From Bacteroidales bacterium UBA1402 (GTDB taxonomy: Bacteria > Bacteroidota > Bacteroidia > Bacteroidales > UBA1402): DNA of 64,000 nt. The translations under genes were made by a program, and so were the position numbers. The notes below the pieces were generated by a model. The model was given only the letters and a program-made list of their open reading frames with translations. It had not been told where the DNA came from and ran no database searches. Shown in pieces: positions 20,219-29,048 of this stretch (positions are counted from its first letter, which is position 1; every line of letters starts with the position of its first letter). The DNA is taken from NCBI GenBank assembly GCA_002305085.1, contig DBQE01000018.1, positions 1,552 through 65,551 on the forward strand, read 5' to 3'.

Positions 20219-22156
20219 ATGAAAACAAAATCTACACTTGTCCGCTTTGCCCTGGGTGGGGGAGCGACATTATTATTCTTATTTGCCGGTCTGTTCAAGA
20301 CCGGGGCTCAGGATCCCAGAGAAAGGTATTATTATTATGAAATCTTAGAACCCCATCACGCCCCTAAACCCCAGGTGGAGGGTTTTGCTACGATGAGGGT
20401 GAACGAGGCCCTTGACCGGGGACTGACAGCAACACGGGCTCAGGACGGGCAGTCGCTCTACCTGAGTTGGAGACTCTTGGCAGAGGACCCTCAGGATGTG
20501 GCCTTTGATGTGATTCGTGTGGAAGGTCAAAAAAATCAACGACTCAACAAGCGGCCGATTACAGCCACCTGTGATTTTATTGTTGAGAATCCTCCGGCTG
20601 AGGCTGTTTACAAAGTTGTGCCGCGAAACAACCGAAAGTCGGTGAATTCTGCCGGAGCAAAGCCTGCGGCTAATCCGGGCTCGGCTGCGGCCAGCCTGGA
20701 TAAGACTAAAGGTGTCCTAAATACAGGCGAAGGCAGCATCAGCATCCGGATGGAAGATTTACCGGCCTTTCCCTATCGAAGTATTAAACTGCGAGACGGC
20801 GTCAGGCCGGGCAAGATGGCTCTGGCCGACCTCAATGGCGACGGCGTTTACGATTACATTATCCGCACACCCGACTCAAGCGTTGATCCCGGTATGCCGG
20901 GCGATTTGGCGGGGAGAACCTATCAAATCGAAGCCTACCTGAGCGACGGCACTTTTCTCTGGTCTTTCGACCTGGGTCAGGGCATAGAACCCGGTGTGTG
21001 GTATTCGCCTTTTATTTGTTACGACTTCAACGGAGACGGTAAGGCCGAGGTGGCCCTGAAAACGGCTCCCGGCGATATTGTGCGCAACGAAAAAGGCCGG
21101 GTGGACTATGGCGATGAATACCTCTCGGTGCTCGACGGCATGACGGGACGCGAAATAGACCGTGTCGACTGGCCGGTGAGGAATTTCCGTTATGGTGATC
21201 TCAATCGTCAGAGCAGACATCAGATAGGTATGGCTTTTTTGGACGGCAAAACACCTTATATTCTGGCTGCCAGAGGCACCTATAAACTGATGACCGTGGA
21301 TGCCTGGATGCTCCGGGGCGACAAACTGGAATTGGCATGGAGATGGGACGGCGACGAAGAAAACCCTGTGGTCCGAAGCATGGGTGCTCACAACATGATT
21401 TGCACCGACGTTGACGGCGACGGCCGCGACGAAGTGGTATTGGGCTCCTGTGCCCTGGACGACAACGGTACACTGCTCTGGTCGACGGGTCTGGGTCATC
21501 CCGACAAAATTTTTATCAGCGACATCGATCCCAATCGCCCCGGTATGGAAATGCTGCTCTGCCTTGAGCCCTGGCACGATAACGGAAGAGGAGTTTGTAT
21601 GATCGACCCCAAAGACGGCTCTCCCATTTGGAATATAGGACACAAGACTTATCACGTGGGCGACGGTATGATAGCCGATTTCGATCCGTCCTCTCCCGGT
21701 TTGGAATGTTTTGCTTCGGAAGATCAAAAAGGCGGCAGCAGCGATAAATATTTATTGAGTGCCGATGGCCGGATAATAGGCAAAAACGAAGAAGTGCCTC
21801 CTTGCCGTAACTGGGCCTGGTGGGACGCCGATTTGTTGCGCGAATACATCAGCGCTCAGTTTTACCGTAGCCCCGAGGGCCGGTTCGGCAGGAAATCAGG
21901 TATTGGAAAATGGAAAGGAGAAACATTATTCGGAGAAATGGAGGGTAGTATTCTGATGATAGCCGATGTTTTCGGAGATTGGAGAGAAGAAATTATTACC
22001 GCATTGCCCGGGGAATTGCGCGTGTACACTACCAATATTCCGGCCCGTGATCGCCGGATAACACTGATGCAGGATGCTCTTTATCGCAATTACGTGGCGC
22101 ATCGCTCCATGGGTTACGATCAGGCACCGGTGCCTTCGTTTTATTTGGGAGAATAA
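20219..22156 (+). CDS. Rhamnogalacturonan lyase, PL11-like (YesW-type beta-propeller with FG-GAP/Ca sites)
   Basis: Start moved to ATG 20219 (MKTKSTLVRF... signal). N-terminal beta-sheet domain LSWRLLAEDPQDVAFDVIRV. Repeated DxNGDGxxD/E motifs (DLNGDGVYDY, YDFNGDGKAEV, TDVDGDGRDEV). C-terminal YRNYVAHRSMGYDQAPVPSFYLG. Confidence 0.7.
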   Translation: MKTKSTLVRFALGGGATLLFLFAGLFKTGAQDPRERYYYYEILEPHHAPKPQVEGFATMRVNEALDRGLTATRAQDGQSLYLSWRLLAEDPQDVAFDVIRVEGQKNQRLNKRPITATCDFIVENPPAEAVYKVVPRNNRKSVNSAGAKPAANPGSAAASLDKTKGVLNTGEGSISIRMEDLPAFPYRSIKLRDGVRPGKMALADLNGDGVYDYIIRTPDSSVDPGMPGDLAGRTYQIEAYLSDGTFLWSFDLGQGIEPGVWYSPFICYDFNGDGKAEVALKTAPGDIVRNEKGRVDYGDEYLSVLDGMTGREIDRVDWPVRNFRYGDLNRQSRHQIGMAFLDGKTPYILAARGTYKLMTVDAWMLRGDKLELAWRWDGDEENPVVRSMGAHNMICTDVDGDGRDEVVLGSCALDDNGTLLWSTGLGHPDKIFISDIDPNRPGMEMLLCLEPWHDNGRGVCMIDPKDGSPIWNIGHKTYHVGDGMIADFDPSSPGLECFASEDQKGGSSDKYLLSADGRIIGKNEEVPPCRNWAWWDADLLREYISAQFYRSPEGRFGRKSGIGKWKGETLFGEMEGSILMIADVFGDWREEIITALPGELRVYTTNIPARDRRITLMQDALYRNYVAHRSMGYDQAPVPSFYLGE

Positions 22157-22249
22157 AGGCTGAAAAAGCTCAGGTTTGGTAAACCAACACAGCCTCCTGA
22201 ATGTCCTTTCTGTCGTGATTGCCGGAAAGTCATTTTAGTTTTACGACTA

Positions 22250-24844
22250 ATGAATAATGAAATGCGATCGTTCTCTTTGAACTTAAAAATAGTCTTGCTG
22301 CTGATTTTTGCAGGGCAGTCTATAGGCGGAATTGCACAGGTGATTGAACCTGAATCCGATAAAGATTATTACCTGATCCATTCCGGTGCTTGCGTTTTGT
22401 CGAGGGCCGACGACGGACGCGCTGTGGTGCAGACTGCCGGTGCGACCGGAACCCAGGTGCTGAACTTCGTAGCCGACGGCAGGGGCTATTATACCGTCAA
22501 GCTCAAGGATCGCCGGGAATATATGGCGCTCTCGGGCAGTTGGAACACTTATTTTGTATCCGATTCGACTGCCGATGCCGCCAAGTATGCCGTTGAAGAA
22601 GTGCGGAAGGGCATAGTACGTTTGCGTTGTAAGGCCAATCGGAAATACCTGGGCACAGACAACAGTACAGCCGGCTCACATGTCTATTCCGACAAGAGCG
22701 GCTCGGACGAAAGGCATTATTGGCTCATCTCCGAAGAAATCAGGGAATTTCCCGTCGACGCCGACAGCCTGTATTACCTGATCAATCCCTCCGACGCCTT
22801 TAGTAAAAGCTTCGAAGGCTGGGGCGTGTCGCTCTGTTGGTGGGCCAATATGTGCGGCCGTTGGGAGGAAAACAAAATAGACGAAATCATCGATTGGCTG
22901 GTCAGTCCCGAAGGTCTGAATTACCGGATATTCCGTTACAATATCGGCGGAGGCGACGACCCGCTCAACCGCAATTGCGATCCCCACCATATGGCCTTGG
23001 GCAAGGGTCTGCGAGCCGAGATGGAAGGGTTCAAAGATTCTGCCGACGCTCCCTACGACTGGAGTCGCGATGCTGCTCAGCGCAAAATAATGCTCAAAAT
23101 CAGGGAAAAACGTCCTGATGCAGTATTCGAGGCTTTCAGCAATTCCCCGCCTTGGTATATGACCTACAGCGGATGCGTGGCGGGTAACGAGCCGGCCGGC
23201 CTCGACAACCTCAAACCAGAATATTATGAGGCTTTCGCAACGTATTTAGTAGATGTCTGCCGTTTTTATAAAGACTCCTTCGATTTGGAGTTTAAGACCC
23301 TGGAGCCTTTTAATGAGCCGGTTACCGATTATTGGGGACGCAACGGCGGACAGGAAGGCTGTCATTTCAGCACTGCATCGCAGATTGCTTTTTTGCGGGT
23401 ATTGGCTCCGAAATTGGAGGCTTCGGGTTTGAATACGGTGATATCGGCCTCGGACGAATCTTATACCGATCAGTCGGTGAGAGATTTTCTGGCATACAGG
23501 AACGGGCAGGTTATAGCTTTGACCGGACAATGGAACACGCATACCTATTCGGCCAACAACCATTCGAGGGCAGCCTTGCGTGAACTGGCCTCGGCAGAAG
23601 ACATTACTCTCTGGATGAGCGAGGTGGGCGCGGGAGGCAGCGGCTTGGCCGGTAACTTGAGTCTGGCGCAAAAACTCATCGACGATATCCGTTACATCAG
23701 GCCCGAAGCCTGGATAGACTGGCAATACGTGGAAGAAAACAACGACCAGTGGTGTACCGTCAGAGGCAGTTTTCAGAATCAAAGATATTGGAAGGTCAAA
23801 AACTTTTACGTTCGACGGCAATTTACCCAATTCATTCAAGCCGGCTGGCGTTTCCTGAATGTGCCCAACAACAAAATGCTGTCAGCGCTGAGCCCCGGAG
23901 GCGATTCTCTGATTGTAGTAGCTCTGAATACGAGCACAGTGCGTCCGGCTTACCACAGCATAGATTTAAGCCTGTTTGACGAAATCTACCGGGGCATCAC
24001 CATGAGCAGGACTTCGCAAAGCGAAAACAATCAGACAGTGAACGATTTTGTTTGGCGGGATTCCTGTCTGCAGTTTGTGCTTCCGCCGCAAAGCATCGGT
24101 ACGCTGATGATACCCGTTGCCTTTACTCCGGAAACGAATACCGAACCGGTAAGCGGCCGGCCCTACCTGATCGCATCGCGCTGTTCGGGTCTGATGTTGC
24201 AGGCTGAGGGCGATGGAGTGCTGATCAACGATTACCGCCCGGCCGATTCCTCTCAGCTCTGGCTTTTGCAAAAAGCCGGCGAGGGTTATACTATCGGCAA
24301 TTTGCAGGGACTCCGGCTCAACGACGATGGTAGTTATTTTTTAAAGACTACTTCGACCTTTGATCCGAATAATCAGCTTTTTGACCTGGACTTGCGTAAC
24401 GATAATTTTTTCAAAATCTCTTCGCTTTCTACCGGGAAAGCTCTCGATTTACAAGGGGCCAATTATACGCCCGGTACAAGGGTGGGCTTGTACGGTTACG
24501 ATGAAGGGGGTGCAGATAAGGTCGTTACACGTCAATGGATGTTTTTACGTCCGCCGCGCCGACTCTCCGACTTCAATACTTCTCTGTTCCCGCCGGAGCA
24601 TGAGACGGCTTTGGAAGTTCAGTTGAGTGTTGCTCCCGGAATGGTACAGCTTTTTTGCCCCTCTTTTGGGCATGACGGAAAGACCTACCGTCTTCGCCTC
24701 TTCAACTTGTCGGGGATCATGGTTCGAGAAAGCCGTTTGAATTCAGCTATTACCCGTTTGTCATTGCCGGAGGGATTTTATCTCTTGAGTATAGATGCCG
24801 GAGCCGAGGAAAAGATTTTTGTTCAAAAGATCATTGTTCCCTAA
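22250..24844 (+). CDS. GH30-like glycoside hydrolase (beta-1,6-galactanase/glucanase-type) with N-terminal beta-trefoil-like module, C-terminal ricin-B lectin and T9SS CTD
   Basis: 864 aa. WGVSLCWWANMCG, FRYNIGGGDDP, FSNSPPWYMT, EPFNEP (acid/base), WMSEVG (nucleophile-like). Ricin-like SQLW/RQW. CTD ...FYLLSIDAGAEEKIFVQKIIVP. Confidence 0.65.
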   Translation: MNNEMRSFSLNLKIVLLLIFAGQSIGGIAQVIEPESDKDYYLIHSGACVLSRADDGRAVVQTAGATGTQVLNFVADGRGYYTVKLKDRREYMALSGSWNTYFVSDSTADAAKYAVEEVRKGIVRLRCKANRKYLGTDNSTAGSHVYSDKSGSDERHYWLISEEIREFPVDADSLYYLINPSDAFSKSFEGWGVSLCWWANMCGRWEENKIDEIIDWLVSPEGLNYRIFRYNIGGGDDPLNRNCDPHHMALGKGLRAEMEGFKDSADAPYDWSRDAAQRKIMLKIREKRPDAVFEAFSNSPPWYMTYSGCVAGNEPAGLDNLKPEYYEAFATYLVDVCRFYKDSFDLEFKTLEPFNEPVTDYWGRNGGQEGCHFSTASQIAFLRVLAPKLEASGLNTVISASDESYTDQSVRDFLAYRNGQVIALTGQWNTHTYSANNHSRAALRELASAEDITLWMSEVGAGGSGLAGNLSLAQKLIDDIRYIRPEAWIDWQYVEENNDQWCTVRGSFQNQRYWKVKNFYVRRQFTQFIQAGWRFLNVPNNKMLSALSPGGDSLIVVALNTSTVRPAYHSIDLSLFDEIYRGITMSRTSQSENNQTVNDFVWRDSCLQFVLPPQSIGTLMIPVAFTPETNTEPVSGRPYLIASRCSGLMLQAEGDGVLINDYRPADSSQLWLLQKAGEGYTIGNLQGLRLNDDGSYFLKTTSTFDPNNQLFDLDLRNDNFFKISSLSTGKALDLQGANYTPGTRVGLYGYDEGGADKVVTRQWMFLRPPRRLSDFNTSLFPPEHETALEVQLSVAPGMVQLFCPSFGHDGKTYRLRLFNLSGIMVRESRLNSAITRLSLPEGFYLLSIDAGAEEKIFVQKIIVP

Positions 24845-24914
24845 ATAAAACAAGGCCCCGGCAAACATAATTGCAGTGTGTTTTTGTTTATTAAAAAACA
24901 CGTCTCCTTTGAAG

Positions 24915-25115
24915 CTTGAAAACCCTAAAATCACCCAAAAAGGAACCCTAACAAAACGGAGTAATAATAATGAGAACCCCGAATCTTCACTACAGCAAAA
25001 ACCGGAATGAAAGCCCCGAATCTCCACTAGAGCAAAAACCGAAATGAAAGCCCCAAACCTCCATTACCATTAAACCAGAATGAGAACTCCGAATCTCTAT
25101 TGCATTAAAACCGGT
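24915..25115 (+). repeat. Tandem 36-37-nt repeat array made of copies of the GH115 gene 5' end (4 clear copies from 24970, plus 1-2 decayed copies upstream)
   Basis: Copies start at 24970, 25007, 25044 and 25080, each beginning ATGA[G/A]A[A/G]C[C/T]CC[G/A]AA[T/C]CT... Only the last copy is continuous with the long ORF. Confidence 0.9.
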
Positions 25116-27791
25116 TTGCCTTTAATTCTGCTTTGCTTTGCCGTTTTCTGTGGCAGTTGCCGGCAAGGCTCCACAGGAGGGAGCCGAACGGAGCTTCTGT
25201 TTGAAAGGGAAAAGACCACTACTCTTTGGCTGGATACCGGCGAGGCAGAGGTGGTGTATACGGCTGTGGATTTGTTTCGCAGGGATGTTCAGCTTGTGTT
25301 CAATGCGGATTTAAAGATAGTTGAGGATAAAAAAGACGCGGATATTGTGCTTGCTTTTTCCGGGCTGAAAAGGCCTGCTTCCTCCGGGCCGAAAAAGTTT
25401 TCGTCTTCTTGGCTGAAAAGATCTGCTGTTGCCGGGCCAAAAAAACTCGCATTCTTCAAGTGCCATAGGTCTTCGTTCTCCAAACCAAACAGCCGGGGAG
25501 GGGAAGCCTTTAGAATCCGTTTGTGCAAAAGCGGCCGGAAACCTCAACTGATCGTGAGCGGCAGTGAGCCACGGGGGCTGGCTTATGGAATATTGGAACT
25601 TTCGAGGATGATCGGGGTGTCGCCCTGGCATTATTTTGCCGATTCCCGCCCGAAAGAACTTGAATCTTTTGAATTCCCTCTGAAAAGAATAGAACAGCAA
25701 GCCTCCGTGAAATACCGGGGTATATTTATCAACGACGAAGATTGGGGGCTGATGCCCTGGGCTTCGCAAACTCTGGCTCCGCAGCAAGGCAAAGGAGTGA
25801 TCGGTCCGGAGGCTTACGAAAAGATATTTGAGCTTTTGTTGCGTTTGCGCGCCAATACCATTTGGCCGGCCATGCACGAGTGTACCCGCCCTTTTTACCA
25901 GGTCGAAGGCAATGCCCAAATGGCCCGTAAATACGGTATTCTGTTAGGAAGTTCCCACTGTGAGCCCCTGGCTCGCAATTCTGCCTCTGAATGGGATATG
26001 GATGGGAGCGGCGACTATAATTTTATGACTAATCCTTCGAATGTAATCCAATATTGGGCCGGACGTTTGCAGGAACTTAGTCCCGGAGAGAATATCTTTA
26101 CTCTCGGAATGAGGGGTAAGCACGACGGCCTGATGCAGGGGGTGAAAACGCTCGAAGAGCACAAAGCGGCTCTGAGCCGGATTATTCCGGTTCAGCAGGA
26201 CTTGCTCAAACAGTATATTGATGCCGATATAGAAGCGATTCCCCAGGTTTTTATTCCTTACAAGGAAGTGATGGAGGTCTATGACGCCGGCCTGGAGGTG
26301 CCGGATCATGTCACTTTGGTGTGGTGCGACGACAACTACGGTTACATCCGCCGGCTGTCGAACGCCCGGGAACAAGAACGCAGCGGCGCTTCGGGTATTT
26401 ATTATCATGTGTCGTATTGGGGACGTCCGCACGATTACCTATGGCTGGCAAGCACTTCGCCCGGCTTGATTTATTCCGAAATGCTGCGGGCTTATAAGCA
26501 CGGGGCCGATCGTTTGTGGATATTGAATGTGGGCGACATCAAGCCGGCCGAATACCTGATGGAATATTTCCTGGACCTGGCCTGGGATATCAATGCGGTT
26601 GACAATGATTTTGGGCATTTGCAGCGTTTCATGCATAGGGAATTTGGCGCAGAACAGGCAACAGCGCTGAGTGAAGTCTATGAGCGCTATTACTGGTTGG
26701 CTACCATTCGTAAGCCCGAGTTTATGGGCTGGAGCCGGGTAGAAGAATCCGGTTACGGCCGGGGAGGAAAAACTCCTGTCCGCGATACTGAATACCATCC
26801 GGAGTTTAACAAGGAATTACAACATCGGCTGGAGGCTTATCGCGAACAGGAACAGCGAGTGGCCGAAATTCGTCTCCGTATTCCCGAGCAGCAATTGTCC
26901 TGCTTTTTTCAATTGGTAGAATACCCCATTCGTGCGGCTTCACTGATGAATCAGAAGTGGCTGTATGCTCGCCTGGCTCGTTATTACAGCGACAGTCGTC
27001 CGGAGCTTGCCCGGCTTTGCGCCGCCCTGAGCCTGCAGGCCTACCAAGGCATTGAGCAGTTAACGGCAACATACAATTCGCTGGAACAGGGCAAATGGGA
27101 GAGGATAATGGATTTCAGGCCCCGGGAACTTCCGGTGTTCGACAAGCCGGTGTTTAATAATCCGGAACTCGATGGTCCTGAACAGAAAAGCTCAGAGTTT
27201 GGAAAATTCTTGTTCGAAGGCCCGGAGTTCAAAAAGCTGTTTGACCATACACTCGAAAACAACAGGCGATTGTATGATTCCCTGATTTCACAAACGGTCC
27301 AAGGTGCCGATTCGGTCTCTCCCGTCGATAATTCAAGACCTTTCGTAACCGCCTGCAACGCCGCCCGGGCTCGGAGTGTTCGCGGGAAAGTCGTCATCAT
27401 CCGGGGTCTGGGGCATGGTTTTGAAGCTGTTCAAATGGCGCAGGGCAGTAGTGTGAATTACCGCTTTGACTTACCCGAAAGCGGGGAATACCGGATCGTA
27501 ATAGCTGCCGTTCCCAACCACGACGTGGACGGGCAGGGGATGAAAATCAGGGTCGCTGCCGACGGCAGGGATTTGGGCGAATTCGATTATAAGACGCGTG
27601 GTCGCAGCGAAGCCTGGAAACAACAAGTCCTGCGCGGACAGGCATTAATAGAAATCCCTGCCCGGGAAATGGAAAAAGGCCGGGTAAATATCAGCATTAC
27701 CGCTTTAAGTCCTTACATTCAGTTGGACCAGTTGATGATCTTGCAAGGGGAAATGAACTTCTATGAGTTTCCGGTTAGTAATTCAAAATAG
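25080..27791 (+). CDS. GH115-family alpha-(4-O-methyl)-glucuronidase-like lipoprotein
   Basis: 903 aa. Lipobox CGSC. VKYRGIFINDEDWGLMPWA, IWPAMHECT, LGSSHCEPLARN, YYHVSYWGRPHDYLWL: motifs I recognise from GH115. Confidence 0.75.
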   Translation: MRTPNLYCIKTGLPLILLCFAVFCGSCRQGSTGGSRTELLFEREKTTTLWLDTGEAEVVYTAVDLFRRDVQLVFNADLKIVEDKKDADIVLAFSGLKRPASSGPKKFSSSWLKRSAVAGPKKLAFFKCHRSSFSKPNSRGGEAFRIRLCKSGRKPQLIVSGSEPRGLAYGILELSRMIGVSPWHYFADSRPKELESFEFPLKRIEQQASVKYRGIFINDEDWGLMPWASQTLAPQQGKGVIGPEAYEKIFELLLRLRANTIWPAMHECTRPFYQVEGNAQMARKYGILLGSSHCEPLARNSASEWDMDGSGDYNFMTNPSNVIQYWAGRLQELSPGENIFTLGMRGKHDGLMQGVKTLEEHKAALSRIIPVQQDLLKQYIDADIEAIPQVFIPYKEVMEVYDAGLEVPDHVTLVWCDDNYGYIRRLSNAREQERSGASGIYYHVSYWGRPHDYLWLASTSPGLIYSEMLRAYKHGADRLWILNVGDIKPAEYLMEYFLDLAWDINAVDNDFGHLQRFMHREFGAEQATALSEVYERYYWLATIRKPEFMGWSRVEESGYGRGGKTPVRDTEYHPEFNKELQHRLEAYREQEQRVAEIRLRIPEQQLSCFFQLVEYPIRAASLMNQKWLYARLARYYSDSRPELARLCAALSLQAYQGIEQLTATYNSLEQGKWERIMDFRPRELPVFDKPVFNNPELDGPEQKSSEFGKFLFEGPEFKKLFDHTLENNRRLYDSLISQTVQGADSVSPVDNSRPFVTACNAARARSVRGKVVIIRGLGHGFEAVQMAQGSSVNYRFDLPESGEYRIVIAAVPNHDVDGQGMKIRVAADGRDLGEFDYKTRGRSEAWKQQVLRGQALIEIPAREMEKGRVNISITALSPYIQLDQLMILQGEMNFYEFPVSNSK
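25359..25457 (+). repeat. In-frame 23-27-nt x4 tandem repeat inside the GH115 N-terminal domain
   Basis: TCCGGGCTGAAAAGGCCTGCTTCC / TCCGGGCCGAAAAAGTTTTCGTCTTCT / TGGCTGAAAAGATCTGCTGTTGC / CGGGCCAAAAAAACTCGCATTCTTC. It encodes SGLKRPAS-SGPKKFSSS-WLKRSAVA-GPKKLAFF. Confidence 0.8.
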
Positions 27792-27864
27792 AAACGTTAC
27801 TAAACGGAATCAACCCAATCCGAATAAATCAAACCCAATCCGAGCCTTTGAAGCAGACTTCGTT

Positions 27865-28896
27865 TTAGAATTTCACTTCTTTGCCCAGAACCAGCTTATC
27901 GCCGCTCAGGTCAACTTCGAACAAATGTGGTACGCGGTGGTAACGTCCGTTGATGTTTTGATGACTGTGTACTGACATCAGTGTTTTGCCGTCTAAGGTT
28001 TCGAAGAGCATGCCGTGACCGAAGTTCGGCGGAGTGATCAATTCGGGTTCTTGAATCCAGGGTCCGTCGAGATTGCCGCTTTCCGAATAAGCCACGCCCT
28101 GAGCATAGACATCGTAAATCCAACTGGTCCAGATCATTCCCAGCCTGCCGCTCCCCGTGCGAAACAAATAAGGTCCGTCGGTTACTTTGTTGGGGCCAAC
28201 GTTGCCTTGCTCGTCGCGCTCGCGACTCCAGGGGGAATCTTTGGCTCTGAACAAGATAGTTGACTCACCTACGCTTCCGCTCAGGTCGGGTTTAAGTTCA
28301 ATCTTTTCTATGGTACCGTTCCAGTTTTGCAGCCATTCGTGACAAAACACCATGTAAGGCTTACCGTCGGTATCCACCCAAAAAGTGCCGTCCAGCGTAG
28401 GTTTATCCGCCGGCAGGTAAGTGGGATCAGCCATCGGCACGTAAGGCCCTTCGGGTTTGTCGCTCACCAAAACATGCGAAGCCCTGCGTTCGATCACATT
28501 ACCGGCCACGGTGTCTATTTTGACACTACGATTGGTAAAGGTGGCAAAATAATAGTATTTCCCTTTGTACCGATGGAGCTCGGCAGCCCAGATCATCGGC
28601 CGGGGCCCCATCCAGGATTCCGGATCGGTTTGGGCTACCACATAGGGACCTTCCCAGATATGAAGATCGGTACTCTTCCACAGCAGACCGCCGGTGCCGG
28701 TCATGTAATACAATCCGCTGGCTTTGTCGGCCAGAATACAGGGATCACTCAATCGTATCGAATCGATCGGAACCCGTCTCACCTGCCGGGCCTGTTGCTG
28801 CCGCTCTTGTCCATAGCCGTTTTGTATCAGCAAAACTCCCAAGAGCAGCCCGGTAAGTCTTAAAATCCAAGATGTTGAAAATAAATGGTGCTTCAT
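27865..28896 (-). CDS. GH43-family five-bladed beta-propeller glycosidase (arabinan/galactan side-chain type)
   Basis: Start moved to ATG 28896 (MKHHLFSTSWILRLTGLLLGVLLIQNGYGQ signal). LSDPCIL, IWAAELHRYKGKYYYF, LDGTFWVDTDGKPYMVF, GPYLF. Confidence 0.7.
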   Translation of the reverse strand: MKHHLFSTSWILRLTGLLLGVLLIQNGYGQERQQQARQVRRVPIDSIRLSDPCILADKASGLYYMTGTGGLLWKSTDLHIWEGPYVVAQTDPESWMGPRPMIWAAELHRYKGKYYYFATFTNRSVKIDTVAGNVIERRASHVLVSDKPEGPYVPMADPTYLPADKPTLDGTFWVDTDGKPYMVFCHEWLQNWNGTIEKIELKPDLSGSVGESTILFRAKDSPWSRERDEQGNVGPNKVTDGPYLFRTGSGRLGMIWTSWIYDVYAQGVAYSESGNLDGPWIQEPELITPPNFGHGMLFETLDGKTLMSVHSHQNINGRYHRVPHLFEVDLSGDKLVLGKEVKF

Positions 28897-28914
28897 GATA
28901 AAAAGGAATAATTG

Positions 28915-28922
28915 CAAATATA
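28915..28922 (-). promoter_or_regulatory. Bacteroidota -7 box (TATATTTG) for the GH43 gene
   Basis: Plus strand reads CAAATATA, 19 nt upstream of ATG 28896. Confidence 0.4.
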
Positions 28923-29048
28923 ATTAATTATTTAGAAAAATTGGATTTGCTATTCTGATCCTGAATATCACTATTTTGGTGCCGAGATTGTTGCCAGGGT
29001 TCTTTTTAATACTAAACCCACAGCCGTCTGTTGAAGAGAAAATTCCAA

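Noticed and set aside
24878-24901. Hairpin GTGTTTTT-(GTTTATTA)-AAAAACAC after the GH30 stop, considered as a terminator.
   Set aside because: The stem is almost entirely A:T, and there is no downstream T-tract. That is too weak to call.
24970-25115. Possible CRISPR array or minisatellite-type non-coding repeat.
   Set aside because: The units are directly abutting with no spacers. They are only ~75-85% identical, and they are clearly derived from the GH115 5' coding end. It is reported as a tandem duplication instead.
25359-25457. Idea that the CCGGG-rich repeats in GH115 and the CCGGGG repeats in the CotH leader (32425-32499) are copies of one mobile miniature element.
   Set aside because: The shared similarity is limited to a short TGCCGGG..CAA core. 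There are no terminal inverted repeats or target-site duplications, and I cannot establish significance by eye.
27865-28896. Possible Glu-to-Asp substitution at the GH43 general-acid position (KVTDGPYLF where many GH43 enzymes read xEGPxxx).
   Set aside because: Without a proper family alignment I cannot be sure that this Asp aligns with the catalytic Glu. It is noted only as something to check.
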